From the NCBI GenBank assembly GCA_951406725.2, contig OX597817.1:88350001-88414000 (forward strand): 64,000 nucleotides of DNA, written 5' to 3'. The notes beneath the pieces were generated by a model that was given only the letters and a program-made list of their open reading frames with translations, ran no database searches and had not been told where the DNA came from. This document shows positions 1 to 12,146 of this stretch, piece after piece; within the stretch, counting starts at the first letter, position 1, and each line of letters starts with the position of its first letter. The position numbers and the translations under genes were made by a program. The stretch is from Octopus vulgaris (taxonomy: Eukaryota).

Positions 1-487
1 TACATGAGGAAGTCTGCAGGCAGTGAAAATGGCTTTGCTTATTTGTCCTGGTTTCTCATGTAACTTGCGGCCAATATTCCTTAAATCCCTAGCTGTCACA
101 GTCTTGGAGGTCCCACAATCGGATCGTTTCTTCCTTGGAGAAGGATCTTTCAGGAATCATCAAACCATGTTCACATGACAACTTCTCTGCAATGGCATGA
201 AGAGACGTGCCTTTAGCACTTTCCTTGATGATGACAGACTTTTCATCGTTAAGGTCTTTTCCACATCCCATTGTTCTTAGAGTGGAGAGATGCTATTAGT
301 GTGGTTCACCCAAAAACTGAAGAATCTGAAATAAAAAAGTAAGTATGTTACACAGAATAATGAAAATATAACAATGGCATTGCCCTAGTGTGCAAATCAG
401 CCAGGAAAAGTTTTATCAAAATCGATTCACTGAAAACTGAGAAATTCTAAATTTCACTCCTAAACTATTAGTGTGGTTCTGGAAGTA
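1..487 (-). mobile_element. Tc1/Tc3-like DNA transposon, 5' end (degenerate transposase N-terminus), truncated by the window edge
   Basis: ORF 89..271 MGCGKDLNDEKSVII...SLHAIAEKL resembles the Tc3-type N-terminal HTH start (MGRGKDL..EK..I). Sequence ends at a TA tract near 487. The other TIR is not in the window. Confidence 0.55.
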
Positions 488-996
488 TATGTATATATAT
501 ATATATCCACATACAAATAAACACATATATATATAGATATACATGTATGTGTAATTATATACCCATGTACACCAGCATGCTGTTTCACAAACCTGTTACA
601 TAATGTCTACTGCTACAAAACTATCTCTCCTAATAATAAATTGTTATTCTCTAACACTTATTGTACCTATGTTATAGCTATGTTTTGTTGGTAGGATTAA
701 ATTACATAATATAATTGTGATAAAATGTATGACCTCATTCTGGACATAATCTCTCTTGTGCGTGTGTGCGTGTGTATGAGAGAGAGAGAGAGAGATTTCA
801 TCTGCCAAAACAGACAGTGAAGCCCAGTGCAGTCTTCTGCCTAGCCAGCCCTTATCAAACCATCCAGCCAATGCCAGCATGGAAAAAGTTGTTAAGTGAT
901 GATGATGATATATATATATATATATATCTCTTGAGATATATATATAAACAATTGTTCTCCATACATGGGGACCTATCGAAGGGATAAGTTCTACAG

Positions 997-1030
<34 letters not shown>

Positions 1031-1034
1031 ATAT

Positions 1035-2040
1035 ATATCATGAACAGTATGGAATCTTGTACATCCACAAAATTTATTTTAAAGTTATATACAGCATATC
1101 AAAATGACCTACATGTGTTTCTGCTGCAACAACTACACACTGTTGCAAATGCAACCTTGCATTATTGTCAGTGCAGCTTCATCAGGGTCTGTCCATTTGG
1201 TCATCCTCGAAGCGAACTGATATGAAGTAAATTTCTGTTAGTTAGTGTTCTGTGAGAGGTGGGGTGTTGTTATTTACAGGTATGTGCTGCTGACCTCAGA
1301 CACACACCAGTCGCTGTCCAAAGTTAGAGATTAATATAAAATAGGTCAAGGTCTAGATTAGTGTTTTTGTAAAGTTCTTTGTTCATTTTAATGGTTGCAT
1401 GCTTTTGATTTTCAATGTAGTGTTTGTATTGAAGAGTTCATGTTTGTTCATATTCATTTTTTTAGTTGGGCAGCTCTGATTTATGTTACACATTGGGTAA
1501 GGTATTTTTTTTTTATTAAGGATAGTTATTAAATTTTTTTAATGTTTAGGTTATGCTATTTTATTTGTTACATGAAGCTCAATTGTTGCTGGAGTGTTGG
1601 CTATCTTGAATGATCCCTGTATGTCTTAAAAGGTCCTACTGTGTTTGTGTAAACTTCTTAGAGTTTGTTTGTTTCTTGTTGTAATTAACATATGTTTTGT
1701 TGTAAATATCTGGTTAAGTTCCTCTATGCATAGGTTTCATCTATTTCCCCCTACTTGATAAGGCTTAACAATCCCAATTAGTTCCCAATCAATGGAATAG
1801 CTGTTATTTTTGTCTCTAATTGACCAAATTAGTTTGCTTAGGCTTGTGTTATTTACTTTTTTTCCTATTTCTAAAAGAATTTAAACAATTGGTTAAACAA
1901 TTGGTTAGGAGAACTGGCTCCTATAAAAGTATTCCCTCCCAGGTAACTTGGCATCTATGGACCAGGTTGTTAGTTTGACATTCTGAGTCCAATAGGCATA
2001 CTTTACCTCTAGCACAGTTGCATAAAACTGTATGCCTATT
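1035..2040 (-). mobile_element. Penelope-like element 3' fragment (decayed GIY-YIG C-terminus plus ribozyme-bearing terminal repeat)
   Basis: Reverse-complement homologue of 11310-12050. Decayed coding trace (..SIDWELIGIVKPYQVGGNR..). Hammerhead motif at 1106-1189. Left end abuts a (TA/TG)n tract. Confidence 0.7.
1106..1189 (-). ncRNA. Type I minimal hammerhead ribozyme motif (PLE-associated)
   Basis: Minus strand reads GACC-CUGAUGA-A-GCUGCA..(long loop)..UGCAGC-A-GAAAC-ACAU-GUA-GGUC. Stem I is GACC/GGUC, stem II is 6 bp, both core boxes are intact and there is a GUA cleavage triplet. Confidence 0.75.
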
Positions 2041-2330
2041 TCTATTATTTATGAAGTACAGCAAATTGCCACATCTCTTGGTCCTTTATCACTTCCTCAG
2101 CTTTCTTCTCAATAGTGGGTAGCATAGTATGGTGTGTAGAAGAGATGACGGGGAAAACAGTTAGGAGATTAAATAGTGTAGGTATATAGAATAGGCAACA
2201 GGTTGAAGGGAGGGCTGCATGCACAAGCAGTCTGTTTGTACAAGAAAACAAAATATTTAAACAATGAGATAATCACAGAGAAAGAAGTCAATTTTATTTC
2301 CTTCTCGGAATTTTTAAACTAAATCTATAA

Positions 2331-2367
<37 letters not shown>

Positions 2368-2394
2368 TGTGCATGCGTGTGTATGTGTAGGTGC

Positions 2395-2790
2395 AGGCAT
2401 AGCCATGTGATAAAAAGTTTGCTTCCCAGCCACTTGGCTTTGGGTTCAGTCCTCTGTGTGGTATGTTGGGCAAGTAACTTCTATAATCCTTGATGGACCA
2501 AAGCCTTGTGAGTGGATTTGGTAGATGAAAACTGAAAGTTTCCTCTATGGTTGACTGATAATAATAAAAAAAAGTATGTGTGTGTAATGTGTATGTATAT
2601 GTGCACATGTATGTGTATGTATACATATGTTTATATGTGTTGGAAAGTGAGAATGTTACTGTCTCTTTGTCTTGACATCACATGATAATTATAAAACAAG
2701 TATCACCATCTTACAAGCAGTGTACTTCCATGAAAACATGTCTAGCCATGGAGAAATATTATCTTACTTGGAACAGATAAGGATTAGTGA
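2395..2790 (+). mobile_element. tRNA-derived SINE (degenerate copy of the window's dominant family)
   Basis: Head gcaggcatagccatgtgataaaaagtttgcttccc..gggttcagtcc and body aagccttgtgagtggatttggtagatgaaaactgaaag, shared with many copies in the window. Confidence 0.7.
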
Positions 2791-2813
2791 TATACACAAA
2801 GTGACAGTTTTAA

Positions 2814-3028
2814 CCCTTTTGTTACTGTATTTCTGTTGAGATGCTCTGTGTTTCTTTCAATTACTTTAAATATAATTAAGAATTTAGTAAAATAACTTAG
2901 TTATCATTAAGCTAAGAAACATGAATTGTGACTAAGGTTTGGTGGAAGATTTTAATTCAAAACTTATGAAAACAAAACATTTGTACTCAGAGCCAGAGCT
3001 GGTTTCAGCCGGGTTGGTAACGAAAGGG
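2814..3028. mobile_element. TTAA-specific (piggyBac-like) MITE
   Basis: TTAA|cccttttgttac ... gtaacgaaaggg|TTAA. The same family occurs in opposite orientation at 61600-61953. Confidence 0.8.
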
Positions 3029-3399
3029 TTAAGAAAGTTAGACTGATTTGTTCAGATTGGGCCACACACACATGCTTGACTTGTAATAAAACATTAAATC
3101 TCTCATATAAGCTTTTGCTGTTTAGTATGTCATTGTGGCTAATGGTGGAGCTTCGATCCTTCAATGCTTTTTGGGAAGGGACTGGTATACTACATGATTC
3201 ATAAAACATCAGTCTTTAACATTTATAGAGTAGAGGACTCCACTGACAATTCTCTAATTGAGTCCTGCACTTCCTGATGCTGGCCCCGTATACACACAAA
3301 CATATATACATAGCTAAATGCATATATGCAAACACATACTTATATATATATATACTCACAAACCCACATACACATGTATGTAAACACACATTCATTTTA

Positions 3400-4591
3400 T
3401 TGGGTCATTCCATAAATAATGCCTTTTTTTATACTTTTATTTTTCCAAATTACAATAAATAAAGTTCTTTTTAATCTAAAATTTTCTCTCCTTCATTTTC
3501 TACAATGCCCTTCCATCTATCTGGTAGACTTGCAAGGACCCTCTTTCAAAATTCATTTGTTTGTGATAAAAAATACTTCTCCATTTCTGTTCTGACCTTG
3601 TCTACAGAATTCATATTTTTCAATCCAAATGATTTTGAAGACTGCAGAATAAATGGTAATCAGATGGGGCAATAGGTGTAGCATCATTTCCCATTCAAAC
3701 TGCTCCAGCCTTTGGAGTGTCATTCTCACTGTATGTGGCTGAGCATTATTGTGATGGAAGAACACCTTTCGTCTTGAAACCAAAGATGGTAATTTTTCTT
3801 CTAGTGCTAACTTAAGCTGCTGAAGCTACTCACAGTAGATCTCCTTCGTTATCGTTTGGTTTGGGTTTAAAAGTTCAAAGTGGACTAAACCTTTCATATC
3901 CCACCAAACAGATAACATGGGGTAAAGACCTTCTTTAGCCTGAGTGCCAGTGTTTCTCCTTTCCTTACCCACTGTCTTTGGTACTTGACATTTTTATAGA
4001 GAACCCATTTCTCATTACCAGTCACTATTCAGTCCAAAAAAGGTTCATTTGTGAGACATGACAACATAGAAGAGCACATGTTCACTCTCTGCGCATGATT
4101 AGACTCGGAAAATTTGTGAGGAACACAGGTGTTAATGAATGGTTGAATGACCAAATCCAAGTTTCTCTGCTAGATCCTCAACTGTTACAATGGGATTTTG
4201 TTCCACCAGGGTTTGCAGGATGTCCTCGTCAAGTTCTACAAATCTTCCAGGACAAGACTTGTCTTCTAGGCTGTAGTTTCTGGCTTGGAATTTCTGGAAC
4301 CACCATTGACACTGGTTACACTTATTGTCTGATCTCCATATACTGCATTAATATTCCTCACACTTTTCTGGCAAAATATACTGAAAATGCTCCTTTGTCA
4401 CTTCCATTATAGATTTGAAAAAATAACTGTTAAAATTGAAAAGCAGTCTTCCAAAGTTGCACTAAGAATAAAGTCAAGGTAAAATTACTACCTGCTTTTA
4501 TAGCAAGTTCATGCAGTTGGTTTATCCTGTCCCCCTCTGACTTTTAGTTCATGTAATTGAAAAAACATGCATTATTTATGGGATGACCCAA
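3400..4591 (-). mobile_element. mariner (DD34D) transposon, degenerate, both TIRs present
   Basis: TIRs ttgggtcattccataaataatgc / gcattatttatgggatgacccaa flanked by TA. Minus-strand remnants FLD.IVTGNEKWVLYKN, FFHHNNAQPH, SDYHLFCSLQNHL. Confidence 0.88.
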
Positions 4592-4703
4592 TATATATTA
4601 AGATGTGGTGACAAAATGAATAAATAGCTTGATTATTTTAATACAGATAGTGTCTCAATTTGCATAAAAATTCAAGAACTAAAGTGAAACACATAAGATA
4701 TAC

Positions 4704-4794
4704 CTATTATTACATCATTGTTGGATGACTGTGTAAGTGGGTGAAACGTGGTTAATGATTGTGTAGATAGCTGGAATGTTGTGGTTTTATTCAT
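4704..4794 (-). CDS. Putative first coding exon of a host gene (exon 4917-4704; coding part MNKTTTFQLSTQSLTTFHPLTQSSNNDVII+G), continuing leftwards
   Basis: Strong acceptor ttctttctgttctccttttcag|4917 and donor G|gtatat at 4704/4703. ATG at 4794 has A at -3 and an upstream in-frame TGA. Unique sequence. The S/T-rich N-terminus with an NKT sequon is typical of membrane-protein ectodomains. No downstream exon was identified. Confidence 0.45.
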
Positions 4795-5282
4795 GATGTA
4801 TAACCCTCAAGCAAGCCCAGATATGTAGATCATTGGAAAATGTGATGATTCTTGTAGAATGATAAAAACACCATCAGCAATGATGAACTGTAGAATTATC
4901 CTCAATTTCAACTGATTCTGAAAAGGAGAACAGAAAGAACATCAGAATATTGACGTAATAATTGTTGTTGTTGCTGTTGTAGTAGATTTTGGTGTTAAAA
5001 ACCCTGAGATTAACCCTTAACAAGCAGAATTTGTTATAGCTGTTTAGTTCTAGATGGAGCTCAATCCAGTAGATTGATAAAGGCATTCCAACATCGATTT
5101 TTCAACTTGTTATTCAGACATTGTCATTCAAGAACTATATAATCCAATGTGCCTTCCTTAAATGTATGCATGCATATACTGGCATTTTGTTGGTCATGGA
5201 GATGAGGATTCCAGCTAATTAGATCGATGGAACAGCCTGTTCATGAAATTATTGTGCAAATGGCTGCGCACATCATAGACAC

Positions 5283-5486
5283 TCTTTACTCTTTTACTTG
5301 TTTCAGTCATTTGACTGTGGCCATGCTGGAGCACCGCCTTTTAGTCGAGCAAATCAACCCCAGGACTTATTCTTTGTAAGTCTAGTACTTATTCTATCGG
5401 TCTTTTTTGCCGAACCTCTAAGTTATAGGGATGTAAACACAACAGCATCAGTTGTCAAGCAATGTTGGGGGGACATACACAGACAC

Positions 5487-5522
<36 letters not shown>

Positions 5523-5675
5523 GACAGGCTTCTTTCAGTTTCCATCTCCCAAATCCACTCACAAGGCTTTGGTCGGCCTGAGGCCATAGTAGAAGCCACT
5601 TGGCCAAGGTGCCATGCAGTGGGACTGAACCCAGAACCATGTTGTTCGTAAGCAAGCTACTTACCACACAGCCAG
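5283..5675 (-). mobile_element. tRNA-derived SINE, near full length, with internal (TA)n
   Basis: Reverse complement of the family at 9118-9280, 9690-9900 and 10924-11300; tail ctttactcttttacttgtttcagtcatttgactgtggccatgctggagcaccgcc. Confidence 0.8.
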
Positions 5676-5892
5676 TATCCTCAATGTAGTTCTGAGGGAA
5701 ATTCAGCATGACACAGAGAGTGACAAGTTTGGCCCTTTAAATTACAGGTACTATTCATTCTTGCCAGCTGAGTGGACTGAAGCAACAGGAAATAAAGCGT
5801 CTTGCTTAAGAACACAATGCACCACCAGGAACCAAACACACAATCTTATGATCATAAGCTGAATACCTTAACCATTGAGCCACGTGCCTTCA
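5676..5892 (-). mobile_element. Second tRNA-SINE family fragment
   Basis: Reverse complement has head ggcacgtggctcaatggttaaggtattcagc; homologous to 39175-39535. Confidence 0.65.
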
Positions 5893-7412
5893 CATATATG
5901 ACATTATATATACACATATATTTTTGTATTTGGTTTGCAAACTTCATGATATGAAGTGTGTTGAAACAGATTTTGTTGTATCTCAAGAAAGCTAATAAAT
6001 AAATACACACATGCTGGTTCAACTTCAACTTCATTTATTATTACTATTATTATCATTATTATTATAATAATTATTATTATTATTATTATTATTGTTATTA
6101 GTCAATTTCTTGACATTAAATTAATTAACTAATCAGTTGTTTGATTAATTGCTTGGTCAACTGACCAATCAGCTAGGTTTGACAAAGTCCTTTTGTTGCT
6201 GTTTGTGACCTCTGAATGATGTGCCTTCTCTACTCAGGCCTGCCTGCTTCTATTATGTGTGTGTGTGTGTGTATACACACACACCACATACTGAAACAAA
6301 TACACACACACACACATATATGTAGGTATGTATGTAAGTACGTGCATGCATACGAATGTACATACATTTATTAGTTCTGCTGAAGCTGAAAAACCTTACA
6401 AACTATTATTCCGAGAGTCATGTAACTAATCATCAAACAAAAGTCAACTTTCAAAACAATACATTGGTCTTTGAAATGTTGCAGTGGGAATCAGGCGGCA
6501 AATAATCATATAAACATCTGAAGTGTATGGGACAGAATGTTGTTACATTTCAAACATTGATAGAATTTCTGCTGCAAGGAAAAATCACATAAACTGTTTA
6601 ATGTAAGTTGACAAAATCAAAATTAAAACAAGCACGAATAGTATATAAATAAATTTGTTATAGGAGAGGAGGGCAGTGAGGAAAAGGGAGCCAAAGAGAG
6701 TTTTTGTAAGGAAAGGAAGCATAAGCATGATGCTGTAGACACTATATAAGTATATGCTAATTACTTGTAGGGATACTATTTCATTATACAAGCAGAATAT
6801 ACTACAAAGTATGTTAAAAACAGTAAAAGTCAATAGTGTGTCCTATTGTGTCAGCAGTGCTATTAAATCACATGTTAAGGTTAACTCAACAAATTTTCTA
6901 TAGAAATTATAGCCAGCACTGATTTGTTACAACATTTCGTATCTGAACAATGCAATAGAAGATGGAAAAATTGGTAATGGATGCATATGTATATTTCAGG
7001 AGTTCTTCCTCCTTCTTCAGCACCACACCCAATTCATTAACCACCCTCCAACTCATTGCTTAAATAGTCACTAAATAAAGCAGTATAACATTATTGGTTA
7101 TACCAATTTTACATATTAAACACATTCCTGGCAGCTGGTACATACTTATCAATTACATGTAGAGATACCATATATAATAGAACCAAACGAAACCGAGTTT
7201 ATTAAGTGAGGTACCTTTTGAAAAGTTATCTGACATGACATATCTGCACTGAGGGATGCACCACAACCGGTTGTATAGTATCTCATCCATGAAGGACTGA
7301 TGCAAGATGGGTCAAAATGATGGTTGTAATTAATAAAGAATCTTATGAATTCCATTTTCTATTTCCTTCATTTGGTGTATATATATATATATATTTACAT
7401 AGCTATACAGAT

Positions 7413-7780
7413 CATTGTCATTATCATCATCATCATTTAAAGTATGTTTTCCATGCTGGTACCTGTTGAACAGTTTGACAGGATCTGGCAAGTTGCAGGG
7501 CTGTGCTGAGCTCCAGTGTCAGGTTTGGTATGTTCTCTATGGATGGATGCCCTTCCTAACACCAACCACCTTACTGTGTGTACTGAGTGCTTTTTTTTTT
7601 GTACCACCAGTACTAGTGAGGTCACTAAGTAAATTGTAAGTCAGAAAAGAAAAGGAAAGAGAAAAGCCCCCTGGCTAAGTGTGGAGGTAGAAGTGATTTA
7701 GAAGGGAGCAGTGCCTTTATGCCAGGTGCTGAGAGGCTAAACTATGATAGAAGAATGCGAACAGGTGTCTTGCTATAGAG
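7413..7780 (-). mobile_element. RTE-tail SINE/LINE 3' fragment with (CAT)n tail
   Basis: catcatcatttaaagtatgttttccatgctgg ... ggatggatgcccttcctaacaccaaccac matches the RTE 3' end at 17215-17390 and 50770-50917. Confidence 0.65.
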
Positions 7781-7843
7781 AACATATACATACATATATA
7801 TATATATATACACACGCACGCACGCACACACATATGCATACAG

Positions 7844-7881
<38 letters not shown>

Positions 7882-7888
7882 TAATATA

Positions 7889-9087
7889 TTCTCAGATAAA
7901 ATTGTTTCTTTTACCATTTATTTTAATTCTTATTTTCAACAATTCTAACAGTGCAGTCAATAATTTATTCTCCTTCATTGTTCATAATTTCTTGTCAACG
8001 TTCCACTAGCTTGTAAATGCCTTAATAATGGAAATTGCCAAGTCTTCACTTAAAGAATACATTGAATCATTTTTCAGCTCCATGTCACAACCTGTTGGAA
8101 AGTAACCAAAACAAGGTGATAATCTGAAGGTGCTTTATTAGGAGAATATAGTGGGTACAGTAGAACTTCCCTGGTGAGCTCTTGAATAAGCAGTTTTGAT
8201 CAAATAAGCAATGTGCAGGTGAGTACTGTTGTGTTGAAGAAGTAAGCCATGTCACCAGTTGTGTTGCTTCAGCAGGATTGCCTTGCTGAGCTGGTGCATT
8301 TGATAAATGTAAAACTCTGCACTGTCCATGTAGTTGTTTTTAAACATTTTGTAGTAGATTAGCCATGCCTAATCCCACCAAATGCAGATCAGTTTTGCAG
8401 GGATGCAGCTCTGGCTTGGCTCAATGTGTTGTTTGCTTGTCAGGACAAAGCTATTCTTTCTTCTGCTTCACATTTATGTACAGACATTGTTTTTCATTGC
8501 TGGTGACAATAAAGTAAAGAAATCTCCATTTGTATCCATGAGCAGCCTGGAGTTAAGTGAATGAACTGACAGCAACAGAGAAACATGGGAGTTTGGATCC
8601 AGATGCACTGAGCTTTTGAATGTTATCCATTGGGTGATGTTGATGGTGATAGTATCATGAGAGTATCCTATCTGCAGGGCCAATTCCATTGTGGATTAGT
8701 TTGGACCCTTGTAGATGAGCTCATTCATTCAATCCTCTTTAACAAATTGGCTGGAATGAAGAGTCTGTAACATGAAATTTCCTCTCCTTCATGTCAGAAA
8801 ATCATTTTTGTACAGTAAAAGTACCTTCTCTGTACACAGGACAAATGTCTCAAGCAGCTTAGCTGATCTGAAACCTTGACTGAAAAGCAAGATAAGCAAA
8901 TGTCAAAAATCCTCATTTTTTTTTTCTACCATTGTCATATGGTAAGATTTATTCAAATTTCAAAAGCAATAAATAAAAGTTGTACAGGAAAAATAGAGCT
9001 ATAAAAAAATCATAAAACACAGCAATAACAATATTCTTTGTGTTGATGTAAATAAAATCAGAAGCAAAAAACAAATTCATCTGATAA
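7889..9087 (-). mobile_element. mariner (DD34D) transposon, highly degenerate
   Basis: Imperfect TIRs ttctcagataaaattgttt / aaacaaattcatctgataa with TA flanks. Minus-strand remnants FIVTSNEKQC and YPLYSPNKAPSDYHL (YSPDLAPSDYHLF motif). Confidence 0.75.
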
Positions 9088-9479
9088 TACACACACACAT
9101 AGCTATATGAGGCACTGGCATGGCTGTGTGGTTAAAAACCTTACTTCCCAACTACATGGTTTCAAGTTCAGTCCCACTGCTTTGCATTGTGAGCAAATGT
9201 CTTCTACTATAGCTGTGGGCCAACCAAAGCCTTGTGAGTGGATTTAGTAGACGGAAACTGAAAGAAGCCTGTCACACACACACACACACACACACAGAGG
9301 GAACATATTGACATGTCTTCCATGCCTCACTTTACAATAGCTACAGACATTTTTCCTGCTAAATGACCATCCCAAAATATAACAATATCTCTTTCAACAC
9401 ATGATTTCACATCAGGAATCTAGCAAAACAAATACATAACTACACATATGCATGTGCGTGCACGTGTGTGCTTATTATT

Positions 9480-9659
9480 CTTATACAAGAATGTTGTTGA
9501 CAGTGACTTGGAAGTTTCAGCCAGCTAAGTCATCATTGGACGCATTGGAATTAGTTTTGCTTTTATAAAGTCTCTGTGGAGTTAAGAATCATCTATGAGC
9601 ATGTAAGTTTGGGTTGGGGCAGTAATTAGGTTTTTATGGAAAGGTGCTTTTGAAAAATT

Positions 9660-9694
<35 letters not shown>

Positions 9695-10340
9695 ATATGT
9701 TTGTGTGTCTGTGTTTGTCCCCCCCAACATCGCTTGACAACCGATGCTGGTCCGTAACTTAGCGGTTCGGCAAAAGAGACCGACAGCATACGTACTAGGC
9801 TTACAAAGAATAAGTCCTGGGGTCGATTTGCTTGACTAAAGGCGGTGCTCCAGCATGGCCACAGTCAAATGACTGAAACAAGTAAAAGAGTAAAAGAGGT
9901 TGATTAAATTCAGGATTATGTTATTGTTTAAAGTTTATTCATGCATGTAGAACTTTGTAAACAAGCCTGTTGGCGTTTCTCTTTTGTTAGGTAGACAGGC
10001 AGTGTGACAGTATTTTTGTTGAGTTTGGTATTTAATCATCCTTTTGCTTTAGCAATATACAAGTCAAAGATATATAAAGTCCAGTATTGAAGGATTTAGT
10101 AATAAGGTGTGTTAATTTTTTCCCACAAAACAATGTAGATAGGTGGTGAGTTTAGGTTGGTCCTGTTTTTATTTATTTATGGTATTTCCTGCTTACATCT
10201 GTAAGGCATGTCATGGCTTTGTTAGTATAGCAAAATATTTCTCTTGTGCTTTGATGTTCACAAAAGTGTTTGAGCAGAGATTGTATATTTATATGTTTCT
10301 CTCTTGGTGTTCATTGTTCTATAAGCAATTTTATTGGTAC
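9480..10340 (-). mobile_element. Decayed Penelope-like fragment interrupted by a SINE (9690-9900)
   Basis: Minus-strand remnants resembling a GIY-YIG C-terminus (..NEHQERN..NLCSN..) and a hammerhead-like motif near 9500-9545. Flanked by microsatellites. Confidence 0.4.
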
Positions 10341-10344
10341 TTTT

Positions 10345-10752
10345 TCTTTACTTTTTTTTTTTTACTTTTATTTGTTTCAGTCACTTTGACTATGGCCATG
10401 CTGAAGCACGACCTCAAAGGGTTTTTAGATGAAGAAATTGACCCCAAGACTTATTCTTTATAAGCCCAGTACTTATTCTATCAGTCTCTTTTGCCAAACA
10501 GCTAGCTTATTGGGGTGTAAACACACCAACATCAATTGTCAAGCGATGGTGGGGGCCAAACACAGACACAAAGATGCACATGCACGCATACATATATACG
10601 ATGAGCTTCTTTCAGTTTCCATCTACCAAATCCACTAACAAGGCTTTGGTTGGCACGAAGCTATAGTAGAAGATACTTGCTCAAGGTGTCATGCAGTGGG
10701 ACTAAATCCAGAGCCATATGAGAAGCAAACTTCTTACTAGACAGCCACACCT
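10345..10752 (-). mobile_element. tRNA-derived SINE
   Basis: Same family and orientation as 5283-5675. Confidence 0.75.
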
Positions 10753-10923
10753 GTTTTGTGGAGGTGAAGTTTGTTCTCTGTTTATAAAATTTCTTCTAAT
10801 TCTGTTTTAGATATATGCTAGGAACAAAATTATAATATAAAAAATATATATTTATATATATATATATAAATTTATACTCTACAAAACTCAACCCATCAGA
10901 TTAATGTAAACTTGTTTTTATTA

Positions 10924-11303
10924 GGCATGGCTGTGTAGTAAGAAGCTTGCTTCTCAACCACATGGTTTTGGGTTCAGTCCCACTGCATGGTGCCTTGGGC
11001 AAGTGCCTCAGGACAATCAAAGCCCTGTGTGTGGATTTGGTAGACAAAAACTGAGAGAAGCCCATTGTATATATGTGTGTGTATCTTTGTGTCTGTATTT
11101 GTCAGCCCACCACTGCTTGACAACCAGTGCTGGTGTGTTTTGCATCCTCATAACTTAGCAGTTTAGCAAAATAGACTGACAGAATAAATACCAGGCTTTA
11201 AAAAGTAAGTACTGGAGTTGACATATTCAACTAAAAATTCTTCAAAGTGATGTTCCAGCATGGCCACAATCTAATGAATGAAACAAGTAAAAAAATAAAA
11301 AAG
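10924..11303 (+). mobile_element. tRNA-derived SINE
   Basis: Head ggcatggctgtgtagtaagaagcttgcttc..gggttcagtcccactg and tail cagcatggccacaatctaatgaatgaaacaagtaaa. Inverted relative to the copy about 170 bp upstream. Confidence 0.78.
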
Positions 11304-11309
11304 ATATAT

Positions 11310-12050
11310 ACATATATAAAATGAGTTTGGAGGGGATTGGGAACTAATTAGTACTGCTAAGCCTTATAGCATAGGGGGAAATAGAAGTGGCTTCTGTGTA
11401 GAGGAGGCTTACCAACTATTTACATCAAAATACACATTAATAAATGCAAGACAAGAACAAGCAGTGAGTTGTTTACACATACACACATAGACTTCTAAAC
11501 AATATAAATGATTCTAGATAGTTAATGCCCTGCAAAATTTAAAGCCTAATATAAGTATAAATAATAGCAATTAAACAAAAATATTTAATAAAAAAATAGT
11601 TATAAACATCATCAAATCAATGAATACCCAACACAAAAAATGGATGAACCCAACCAAAAACACTTCAATACAAACACAGCATTCAGAATCAAAAATAATG
11701 CAAGCAGAACAAGGAACCTCACAAAAACAACCACCTCGGTATTGACCTATTTTAGGACCAAGCCTCAACTTTGGACAAGGACTAAGGTGAAATCAAGGTC
11801 AACAGCACATATCTATAAATAACAATACACCTGCTTCCTACAGAACAACTAACAAAATTTTACTTCAGCCAGTTGACCTTGAAGAAGACCAGATGGATGG
11901 ACCCTGATGAAACTGCACTGACAATACTGAAAAGTCGCATCTGCAACAGTGAGTAGTCGCTGCAGTGGAAACACGTATAAGACGTTGTGATATGCTGCAT
12001 ATAACTATTAAATACTTTGTGGATGTACAAGTCTCCATACTCATTATTAT
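11310..12050 (+). mobile_element. Penelope-like element 3' fragment with degenerate hammerhead
   Basis: Encodes WELISTAKPYSIGGNRSGFCVEEAYQLFTSKYTLINARQEQAVSCLHIH, paralleling the C-terminus of the 19958 ORF. CTGATGA at 11904 and GAAAC at 11968. Confidence 0.75.
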
Positions 12051-12146
12051 TATTAATACCAATATATACATATGTATGTACATATGTATATGTATTCATG
12101 TATGTGTGTGTATACATGTGTGTGTGTGTGTGTGTATGTGTATATA

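Noticed and set aside
2045-2251. 68-aa minus ORF as the next exon of the 4704 gene
   Set aside because: No convincing phase-compatible acceptor/donor pair; adjacent to a PLE remnant.
6370-6432. attagtt..ctgaagc..catgta-actaat as another hammerhead
   Set aside because: Stem I-like pairing is present, but both core boxes and stem II are too degenerate to call.
7146-7280. Possible minus-strand exon (ttgcatcag| ... |gtatgt)
   Set aside because: Weak acceptor and no convincing frame or homology; cannot be supported without transcripts.
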